Translations under genes and position numbers: made by a program
In this document: piece after piece, positions 1 to 7,204 of the stretch
How positions within the stretch are numbered: position 1 is the first letter of the stretch
Layout of the letters: each line of letters opens with the position of its first letter
The notes under the pieces: generated by a model
The model's input: only the letters and a program-made list of their open reading frames with translations
Told to the model about the DNA's origin: nothing
The model's database searches: none
Assembly: GCF_006345805.1 (NCBI RefSeq)
Contig: NW_021828628.1
Span: forward strand, 1-7,967
Origin: Octopus sinensis
Lineage: Eukaryota
Direction: 5' to 3'
Length of the DNA stretch: 7,967 nt

Positions 1-122
1 AACACATTGTGCCGGTTCAGTCCCACTACGTGGCATCTTGGCAAGATCTTCTTCTACCGTCGCTCGGGCCGACCAAAGCCTTGTGAGTGGATTTGGTAGA
101 CGGAAACTGAAAGAAGCTCGTC

Positions 123-124
<2 letters not shown>

Positions 125-172
<48 letters not shown>
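125..172. repeat. (AT)24 microsatellite, internal to SINE family A
   Basis: Perfect AT dinucleotide run read directly. Confidence 0.98.
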
Positions 173-173
<1 letters not shown>

Positions 174-174
<1 letters not shown>

Positions 175-527
175 TTAGATGCTGATACCCCACCACCCTT
201 CGGTCATGACTATCATCAGGGATTGCACCCAGAAAGTTACCCTCCTATGCACAAGTCCGGGCAGTGATATGTATAGAAGACCAGCAGTCGCCCATGCATA
301 CCACTCTCCCCTCTCCACACCAACAGTGTTTTCCAAGGGAAAGGCAAAGGGGCCGATACAGCTTGTCACCTGAGACGTCGCAACTCATTTCTACAGCTGA
401 GTGAACTGGAGCAATGTGAAATAAAGTGCCTTGCTCAAGAACACAACACGCAGCTCGGTCCGGGATTCGAACTCACAACTTTACGATCGTAAGCTAGACG
501 CTCTAACCATTGAGCCATGCGCCTTCA

Positions 528-528
<1 letters not shown>
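174..528 (-). mobile_element. Apparently full-length tRNA-derived SINE, family B, nested in the family A microsatellite
   Basis: Minus strand starts GTGAAGGCGCATGGCTCAATGGTTAGAGCG. Pol III A box TGGCTCAATGG at 507-517 and B box GTTCGAATCC at 463-472, followed by a CORE-like segment TGTTGTGTTCTTGAGCAAGGCACTTTATTTCAC. The head is homologous to 925-1055. Confidence 0.88.

Positions 529-530
<2 letters not shown>

Positions 531-574
<44 letters not shown>
531..574. repeat. (TG)22 microsatellite, internal to SINE family A
   Basis: Perfect TG run read directly. Confidence 0.98.
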
Positions 575-575
<1 letters not shown>

Positions 576-808
576 TGTTGCGTTTGTGTGTTTGAGTGTC
601 CGTATTTGTCACCCCTACCCACCATCGCTTTACAACTGATGCTGGTGTATTTATCTTGCTGCAACTTAGCGGATCGGCAAAAAAGACCTATAGAATATGT
701 ACTAGGCTTATAAAGAATAAGTGCTGGGGTCGATTTGCTAGACTGTAGGCGGTGCCCCAGCATGGCCACGGTCAAATGACTGAAACATGTAAAAAAAACA
801 AATGTAGA

Positions 809-1055
809 TGCCGCACATTAGCTCACTCCCTCCATCACATCGACTTCGCTTGGACAGATGCATGGTGTGCCACGCGTCAAGTGTGCCACGCATCAGGTGT
901 GCCACGCATCAGGTGTGCCACGCGAAGTGATTGCAGAACAAAGTGAGATAAAGGGTTTTGCTCAAGAACACAACGCACCACATAGTCAAGGAATTGAAAT
1001 CACGATCTTGCGGTCGTGACTGAAACATCCAAACTACTGGGTCATGCACCTTCAC
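809..1055 (-). mobile_element. Older tRNA-derived SINE with a family B-like head and a different 3' part
   Basis: 925-1055 aligns with about 400-528 (shared TTGCTCAAGAACACAAC and terminal CATGC-CCTTCAC; decayed A/B boxes). 809-924 does not match the 3' part of 174-528. The low-coordinate boundary is approximate. Confidence 0.75.
864..924. repeat. 16-bp minisatellite, about 3.8 copies of GGTGTGCCACGCATCA
   Basis: Units at 864-879, 880-895, 896-911 and a partial unit at 912-924, each with at most 1 mismatch to the consensus. Confidence 0.95.
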
Positions 1056-1082
1056 ATATACAATAAGCATATATAATATGTG

Positions 1083-1340
1083 TTGGGTTGGTGCATAATT
1101 ATTGCGGCTTTTTTTTTTTTTCAACAAATTTTATTCAATAAAAACAATAACAATATTTAACAGAAAACATCTTTAAATGACGGTCTGACCGTCTGCCAAG
1201 CAAATGGGAAGCAGTAATTGAAGAAGATGGTGAATATGCTCCGGAATAATCATTTAAAGATGTTTTTGTTATATGTTGCTATTGTTTTTGTTGAATAAAA
1301 TTTGTTGAAAAAAAGCCGCAATAATTATGCACCAACCCAA
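1083..1340 (+). mobile_element. Mariner-derived MITE (Hsmar1/MADE1-like termini) with long inverted arms
   Basis: 1083-1180 is the reverse complement of 1250-1340 (4 substitutions, one 1-nt indel, T-run 13 vs 7). The terminus TTGGGTTGGTGCATAATTATTGCGG resembles the Hsmar1/MADE1 TIR TTAGGTTGGTGCAAAAGTAATTGCGG. Flanked by TA at 1341-1342 and TG at 1081-1082 (probably a mutated TA TSD). Confidence 0.93.
1187..1249 (+). pseudogene. C-terminal remnant of a mariner (DD34D) transposase
   Basis: Translates to DRLPSKWEAVIEEDGEYAPE*, matching the mariner C-terminal pattern GIxKLPxRWxKxIxxxGxY (Mos1 HKLPERWEKCVASDGKYFE). The stop codon abuts the right arm at 1250. Confidence 0.88.
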
Positions 1341-1459
1341 TATAACCCAACGATGGAAAACTCTGTGCTTCTGTTTATGTATGTGTGTGAAATAATGCGT
1401 ATATTTGCGTATTTTTGTATATCAATTTATTTAAGAAACAGTCCAATGTACCTACGATT

Positions 1460-1551
1460 GAAGATACTTGCCCAAGGTGCCACGCAGTGGGACTGATCCC
1501 GGCACCATGTGGTTGCTAAGCAACCTACTTACTACGCAGCACTCCTGCGCC
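1460..1551 (-). mobile_element. SINE family A, 5' (tRNA-like head) fragment
   Basis: Minus strand GGCGCAGGAGTGCTGCGTAGTAAG...GGGATCAGTCCCACTGCGTGGCACCTTGGGCAAGTATCTTC is homologous to 1-52 and 4648-4736. Confidence 0.85.
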
Positions 1552-1683
1552 ATTTGATCTTCATATTCAAATCACTTGAGAGCGTTACCGATCTCCTAAC
1601 TGTGCAATGCGATATACTGGTATAACATGGTACAACCTGTTACATTGCAGAGTCGTCTGCAACTAAACTGTTAACATCACAAA

Positions 1684-1765
1684 GTTTGTTTATTTGTTTG
1701 GTTGTTTGTTTATTTGTTTATTTGCATGTTTGTTTTCATGTCAGTTTGTTTCGTTTCTTTCTTTC
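1684..1765. repeat. Degenerate (TTTG)n / T-rich tract
   Basis: GTTT/ATTT periodicity read directly. Confidence 0.8.
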
Positions 1766-2329
1766 CACTATGCTGTGTGTGTACAGCGCCTTTTTGACCT
1801 GACATATTCCTGCTCTCCAGGAGTACATAAAAACAACCATTTTCGTCGAAATCAGAGAGCCCTAGGACGACATATTCGACATTTCTCACTGGATTCAGAA
1901 AACCAAATAACAGGAACTGGTCGACCAGGTCGTCGGCAACGAGTGGCAAAACAGATTCCTTCCTTAAAGAAGTCGGCTGTCACAGCTTTCCAACTAGTTC
2001 GATGCACTATTTTCTGCAGAAGATTTGTCTGGAACATATGCAACTAGAGAAAGCCACGAAGCAGGGAGACGCGACAGCTAAAACCAGCTCAAGGCGGATG
2101 TGGCTGACAAAAGACCGCAAGTGGAGCCCCTCCGCAAGCGAACAACTAATTCAGCCCACGCTGCCCTACTTATAGGCGGAGCATAAAGGTTAAGGAACGA
2201 AATGCTCGAGGTCCTGAGATACCTGTTGATGGGTTCCCAACATTCTAATGGATTTAGATGTGATTGCAAACACCTGAGTAGCTCCTGCAATTTCTGCTTG
2301 GGGCAAGGCGTTACCGATGTTTATTTAAC

Positions 2330-2655
2330 CTATATGTATATTCTTATAACTCCCCCTTCCCCCCCCCCCAGAAACACACACATTAATACATATACATACC
2401 CACACACAAACACACTTTCACAAACAAACCTACTTGTGTAGACAAGCATACATATAAAGATACGCATACACACACAAACACACACACACATAATGCATCC
2501 ACACATTTGTGCATACATGTTATTAAACATTTATTTATAAATAGTATCTGCATATAATGCATGTTAGTGCGTGCGTGAATATGTGCGTGTATGTGTGTAT
2601 ATGTGCGTGTGTGTATGATGTGTGTGTGTGTATGTCTGCGTGCCTGTGTGTGAGG
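2330..2655. repeat. Compound degenerate microsatellite: C-run, (CA)n/(TACA)n, then (TG)n/(TATG)n
   Basis: Low-complexity runs read directly; CA-rich and TG-rich halves face each other around 2520-2560. Confidence 0.85.
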
Positions 2656-3359
2656 GTTGAAGAATAATTTGTTTAATCTAATGAAATTTGAAGATTCCTA
2701 TATTTTGTTTATGACGTCACAATATGGAGAACATTTCTCCAGAGATTCTCTTCCAAAAATCTTCAGTCTCTTTCAACCTTTCACGGTGATTAGAGGCTAG
2801 GGAATGTGTGCGCCAGGGGGCGTACCCAGACATCTGAAAACTAGTTGTGAAGTGACAGTCATCTTCAGCTTGTTTTTGATGTTTGTGGGGTGGTTTTATG
2901 CACCTTTGAGTTCTTAAACACCCAATCTAACATGCTGGTTGGTAGCATAACATAGTTACAAGGTGTCCGGTAGCGTTCCTGTACCCGGATGAACTCTTAA
3001 CCGGGCGATTTCAGGAGAGAAAACCTGGGGGTTCCAACCAGAAACATATACCTCTCTGGCGAATACATTCACTCACTATATTTGCTTCTAAATAATTGTG
3101 TAATTGTAAAAGTGAATGTGACACTATATAGGAGTAAAAAAATGAAAACAAAAAATGGTTGATCGGCGTATCATGCATATGTCAAACGAATTTGAATTAT
3201 AAAATTCTAATCTATAAAACAAAAGTTTGTTGATATTAAAATGTTTGAGAAAATTTTGTAGATTTTTCTGTAATGATATTTGTTCCTTTGTTGTCCGATT
3301 AATATATATCACCATTGCGGAAAGATCAAGTATTTATGTCTTGACCTACGCGCACGAGT

Positions 3360-3459
3360 TGTGTATGTGTGTACGTGTGTGTGTGGTTGTGGTGGTGTGT
3401 GTGTGTTGTGTGTGTGTGTGTGTTGGTGTGTGTGTGTGTGTGTGTGTGCGTGTGTGTGT
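3360..3459. repeat. Imperfect (TG)n microsatellite
   Basis: Read directly. Confidence 0.95.
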
Positions 3460-3497
3460 TAAACAAGAGACGCTTGTAAACACGACAGAAAGATAAA

Positions 3498-3728
3498 GGC
3501 GACGAGCTAGCAGAAACGTTAGCACGCCGGGCGAAATACTTTGCGGTATTTCGTCTGCCGTTACGTTGTGAGTTCAAATTCCGCCGAGGTCGACTTTGCC
3601 TTTCATCCTTTCGGGGTCGATAAATTAAGTACCAGTTACGCACTGAGGTCGATATCATCGACTTAATCCGCTTGTCTGTCCTTGTTTGTCCTCTCTGTGT
3701 TTAGCCCCTTGTGGGCAATAAAGAAATA
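3498..3728 (+). mobile_element. Full-length tRNA-derived SINE, family C (Meta-domain-like), with 11-bp TSD
   Basis: A-box-like TAGCAGAAACGTT (3508-3520) and B box GAGTTCAAATTCC (3570-3582). The central GCCTTTCATCCTTTCGGGGTCGATAAATTAAGTACCAG resembles the MetaSINE central domain. TSD AGAAAGATAAA at 3487-3497 and 3729-3739. Second copy at 4956-5178. Confidence 0.92.
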
Positions 3729-4294
3729 AGAAAGATAAAATACAATATTGACGTTACAATAATTAGATGTCAAGCTGATGTTAGACAATAGCTTACTAAG
3801 TGTTCGGCGGTCTACTTTTAAATTCCGACAAGATATATTTTTTAAATGTGAAACACAAAAAAAATCTCGCTCCTCCAATTAATGTATTCTTTTGAGGTTC
3901 TCAAATGTTTTAATATATACAGTTTTTCAAGCGAACATACTAAACATTTTTTAGATCTGTTAATATAGAATCTAGATTTAGAGAGGATTTTACGGCTGAT
4001 ATCAAAACTGATCCCTTTGTTTCCCGATTGAAACCGAAAGGGGTTGTTGAATGTCTCTTATCAGGGTACCTAAAATTTGAAACATGTTGTTATATCTAAA
4101 TTAAAATTTTCCTTCGATGGATCCCATATAATGTTTGATATTTGTACGACCATTATCGTGGTTTACTGAAACCAGTGTTTCATAAACGACGGAAGATATA
4201 TCGCATTCCTGTACATAGAGGGCATTTAAATTTGTCTTTACATGCGCATCCGAAACAGGTTTGAGTTGTCCGTTAAGTCGTATATGAATAAGCA

Positions 4295-4736
4295 ACACAC
4301 ACACACGGATTCTCTTAGTTTCAGTCTACGAAATCCAGTGGTTAGGGCAGCGGACTCGCGGTCGGAGGATCGCGCGGAAACACCTAAAGCTCCATGAGGC
4401 TCCAGCAGGGGGTGGTGGCGACCCCCTGTTGTACTCTTTCGCCCCCACCTTTCTTCACTCTTTCTCCCTGTTTTTTGGGTAACGCTGCGATGGACTGGCG
4501 TCCCGTCCAGCTGGTGGTGGGGGGGGGGACACATACGCCACAGAAACCGGGAAACCGGGCCCATGAGCCTGGCTAGGCTTGAAAAGGGCGCATAAATAAA
4601 TAAAAATAAATCCAGTCACAAGTTTCTGGTTGGCCCGTGGCCGTAGTCGAAGACACTTGCCCAGGGTGACACGCAGTGGGACTAAACCCAGAACCATGTC
4701 GTCGGGAAGTAAATTTCTTACCATAGAGACCGTGCT
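4295..4736 (-). mobile_element. SINE family A, 5' half, split by a nested SINE at 4340-4607
   Basis: Joining 4295-4339 to 4617-4736 restores the reverse complement of 1-124 (TTTCAGTCTACGAAATCCAGT|CACAAGTTTCTGGTTGGCCCG...GAAGACACTTGCCCAGGGTGACACGCAGTGGGACT), ending in the (AC)n internal microsatellite. Confidence 0.85.
4340..4607 (+). mobile_element. tRNA-derived SINE, family D (V-domain-like segment), 5'-truncated, no B box, 9-bp TSD
   Basis: TSD AAATCCAGT at 4331-4339 and 4608-4616. Starts inside an A box ((AGT)GGTTAGGGCAGCGGACTCGCGG). Contains CTGCGATGGACTGGCGTCCCGTCCAG (4485-4510), similar to the V-SINE central motif. Ends in a (TAAA)n tail. Confidence 0.85.
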
Positions 4737-4955
4737 TATTAATTTTTTTATGTACGATTGATCCTAATAGATATCCCTAATGTGTAACTAGATACCAGAA
4801 ATAGCAGTAAAATCTTTCTCAATCCACTATTTTTTCTCATTTCTCTCATTGTTGTCTACATATAAGTAGAGTCGTAGAGGTCGAGCTCTGTGTCACCGAT
4901 AGCCCTGCAACATTTTTCGAGCGTATATTCTTTAAATCGAACTTTGTGTCTTATA

Positions 4956-5178
4956 TATTTCTTTACTGCCCACAAGGGGCTAAACACAGAGGGGACAAAC
5001 AAGGACAGACAAAGGGATTAAGTCGATTATATCGACCCCAGTGTGTAACTGGTACTTATTTAATCGACCCCGAAAGGATGAAAGGCAAAGTCGACCTCGG
5101 CGGAATTTGAACTCAGAGCGTAACGGCAGACGAAATACGTCTACGCATTTCGCCCGGCGTGCTAACGATTCTGCCAGC
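4956..5178 (-). mobile_element. SINE family C, inverted copy of 3498-3728
   Basis: Reverse complement aligns without gaps to 3506-3728 with about 18 mismatches in about 223 nt (manual count). Confidence 0.93.
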
Positions 5179-5533
5179 AATGATTGCCCGCTATCTTTGT
5201 AGCACGACTTTCTAGAAATATTTGCTGGTTCATACTCAAATGCTCCACAAGAAACATATGCTCGCATATGTTTTGTTTTGTATGAAGCAGAAACAGTGTA
5301 GCCTTGTGAAAGAGTAAGTTTTAGTACAGAAGGCGAACTAGGTTTGTAACAGAGATGCTGTGAAGGCTCATTTAAACATTCATACCTCGACCCCTACGTG
5401 AAAATATATACACATGGAGAGAAATCTATATAGACTACATTGCAGAAAGGACTTGTGTAATGATTAGCCCTGGGAGTGGTTGAACATAATACGATTGATG
5501 ATGGGAAGAAAGACGAGTGGACAGGAGGGCTCC

Positions 5534-5875
5534 GATAATCAATTGACCATTATTGACCCAAGCCATACCTAACTTAATAACAATCCTGATGGGGACTTGC
5601 TTCCCTAAATATATCCGGATGGCAGTGGTTTTGTTGGTATTTTTGGGAGTATTTTCCCAGTTTAAATTCATTTTAAATGCAATGGGTTCACTCTGGCCAT
5701 TTATTTCTTTCGGGATACTATTGAATAAAGCAGGGCAATTTCAGTAATAAAAAGATGTTTTTATGTGATGTGAGGTTGATAGTATCGTTTGAACAGCATT
5801 AATGTAACATTTTCGACATAGTACAAATAATGTAGCACTCACAGTAGTGCTGGAGAAGACATTTTGGCCCATTCA
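5534..5875 (-). mobile_element. 3' relic of a CR1-group LINE (ORF2 C-terminus plus short 3' UTR)
   Basis: Minus-strand frames give LQHYCECYIICTMSKMLH*CCSND (from 5855; cf. SLQRRRERYxIxxxWKI, with Arg codons eroded as expected from CpG decay), CPALFNSIPKEINGQSEPIAFKMNL (from 5737; cf. GPxLFNxLPxxIR...FKxxLD) and KILPKIPTKPLPSGYI (~5657-5610; cf. xFLxxIPDxPxxxGY). Boundaries approximate. Confidence 0.8.
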
Positions 5876-5880
5876 TGTAA

Positions 5881-5897
5881 ATCTATCTAACCGAGCA

Positions 5898-5992
<95 letters not shown>

Positions 5993-6067
5993 ATATCTAT
6001 CTATCAATCTATCTGTCTGTCTGTCTGTCTTTCTATCTATCTGTCTGTCTGTCTGTCTATCTGCCTC

Positions 6068-6099
<32 letters not shown>

Positions 6100-6245
6100 A
6101 CTATCTATCTGACTGTCTGTCTCTCTGTCTATCTGCCTGCCAGTCTGCGTGTCTGCCTGTCTTCTTGCTTTCCTGCCGGCCCGCTTGTTTGTCTGTCCGT
6201 TTTTCTCTGCCTATCTCTGCCTGCCTTTTTGTGTGTCTGTCTGTG
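5881..6245. repeat. (ATCT)n microsatellite grading into degenerate (GTCT)/(GCCT)n
   Basis: 23 perfect ATCT units at 5899-5990, then progressively degenerate tetramers. Confidence 0.97.
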
Positions 6246-6302
6246 TATACACACCCACACACACATCCACCCCCCCCATATATATACATATATATATATA
6301 AT

Positions 6303-6346
<44 letters not shown>

Positions 6347-6470
6347 CAGACATACATACATACTACATACATACATACATACATACATACATACATACAT
6401 AATATGGGGAAGTGGGAGTCAATATAGATAGATAGACAGATGTATACAGCAGATAGATAAGCAGATAAAC
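6246..6470. repeat. Compound (CA)n, C-run, (TA)n, (TACA)n and degenerate (AGAT)n
   Basis: Read directly. Confidence 0.93.
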
Positions 6471-6699
6471 TCTTTGGTGCAACAACCGGCAAACATTCGC
6501 ATAAAATTGTATAATTATTAACAGTATTCTGTTGAAGGCTGGCTGTCTCAATGTGCACACTTCAAGGCGTATACAAGCTAACATGTTGTGTGTGTGATAA
6601 ATGAAGAGAAACAAGGAGTTGTGTAACAGATCGGATAACAGATAAGCAATGGCTGTCTTTTTAGCTTCTAAAAATATATCAAGATGCTATCGCCATATG

Positions 6700-7100
6700 T
6701 TCTCTCTGCCTCTCGCACTCTTTCTCTCTGTTTTTCACTCTGTCTCTCTCTCTCTCTCTTCCCTACGTTCTTCCCTTTCCACACTCTATTATATACCTAC
6801 ACACACACTTACATACATGAATACATACATACATATGTATGTTTATATAGATATATATGCATATACATATATATGTGTATATATATATATACATATATAT
6901 ATATATGTATATATGTATGCATGTTTGTATGTATGTATGTGTATGTTCGTATAAACTAAGTATGAGTCAGTGGGTATCTATCAATCCAGTTATCAAGCTA
7001 GCTAGCTAGCTACCTAGTTACCTTTATGTATACGTGCATATGTATATATGTATATATATGTATATATGTGTGTGTACATACACACACATGTATATATATT
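6700..7100. repeat. Compound (CT)n, (CA/TA)n, (TATG)n, (AGCT)n and (TATATG)n low-complexity field
   Basis: Read directly. Confidence 0.9.
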
Positions 7101-7166
7101 CACAAAGCAAGAATGATTAAAGCTTTAGAATAAGGTATTTCCTAAACCCGTTAATAGGAATAGAAA

Positions 7167-7204
7167 GCGTTTTCACATTTCGGACGTTAGCCCCTCATCA
7201 AAAA
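7167..7204 (-). ncRNA. Degenerate minimal type I hammerhead ribozyme motif (Penelope-like), probably inactive
   Basis: Minus strand reads UUU-UUGAUGA-G-GGGC-UAAC-GUCC-GAAA-UG-UG-AAAA. Core boxes (C>U)UGAUGA and GAAA flank a 4-bp stem II; helix III is minimal and stem I is U/A only. C3 and the cleavage-site H17 deviate from the consensus. Confidence 0.45.

Larger units (their letters stand above)
1..802 (+). mobile_element. tRNA-derived SINE, family A (octopus-type, with internal microsatellite); 5' end lies before the window; interrupted by another SINE at 174-528
   Basis: 1-124 (GGTTCAGTCCCACTACGTGGCATCTTGGCAAG...GGATTTGGTAGACGGAAACTGAAAGAAG) matches the reverse complement of 1460-1551 and 4295-4736. 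Then (AT)n, the insert, (TG)n, and a 3' body at 575-790 ending CAAATGACTGAAACATGT plus an A-rich tail. Resembles described octopus tRNA-SINEs (OK/OR1/OR2 group); exact family not assigned. Confidence 0.85.
2800..5425 (-). pseudogene. Highly decayed piggyBac (DDE_Tnp_1_7 / PGBD-like) transposase fossil, interrupted by SINEs and a (TG)n tract
   Basis: Collinear minus-strand motifs: VTNL/FA (~5350-5332, cf. ETNxYA); MRAYV...ISRKSCYKD (5267-5193, cf. EMxAFxG...IxxKPxxxDYW); *ERFYCYFWYL (~4821-4789, cf. RxRFxxIxxxL); LKPVSDAHVKTNLNALYVQECDISSVVYETLVS...GRTNIKHYMGSIEGKF (ORF 4101-4304, cf. IRPxxDxxxxNxxxxYxPxxxxSVDExLVxFxGRxxxKQYMPxKPxKFG); CFKF*V (~4083-4066, cf. GxKxWV); CRNLKVD (~3830-3810, cf. 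GRNxxxDN); FRNGDIY*SDNK (~3322-3287, cf. WxDNK); LEFYNSN...D/ADQ (3210-3159, cf. YNxxxGGVDxxDQ); NYLEANIVSECI (3097-3062); FSPEIARL (3021-2998). Many stops, indels and frameshifts; both ends approximate. Confidence 0.7.

Noticed and set aside
195-222. Hammerhead-like CUGAUGA on the minus strand
   Set aside because: Followed by GAAG rather than GAAA, with no helix III or stem I; it lies in a SINE tail.
450-528. tRNA gene (likewise the heads at 1460-1551 and 3498-3590)
   Set aside because: A and B boxes are present, but there is no complete cloverleaf or acceptor stem, and each continues into a SINE body.
864-924. CRISPR-like array
   Set aside because: Head-to-tail 16-bp units with no spacers, no cas genes, and a eukaryotic context.
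1694-2047. 117-aa ORF as a standalone CDS
   Set aside because: Starts at TTG in a (TTTG)n tract and shows no recognisable homology; kept only as part of the unexplained block.
2190-2240. Type II hammerhead-like arrangement GGAAC-GAAA...GUC...UUGAUGG-GUUCC
   Set aside because: Two core mismatches, and helices I and III do not pair.
2712-2719. Perfect CRE palindrome TGACGTCA
   Set aside because: A single 8-mer with no promoter context; compatible with chance.
2715-2950. Penelope GIY-YIG endonuclease relic on the minus strand (NHPTNIKNK...RERLKETEDFWKRI)
   Set aside because: Key YxG and Arg residues are missing and frameshifts are needed. The same stretch follows collinearly from the piggyBac fossil (TGHLVTML...TQRCIK...F/RCLG, like a decayed C-terminal Cys-rich domain). 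Not fully excluded; needs an HMM search.
4156-4189. Imperfect hairpin (TGAAAC-CAGT-GTTTCA core)
   Set aside because: Short and AT-rich, inside the piggyBac coding relic; no evidence of function.
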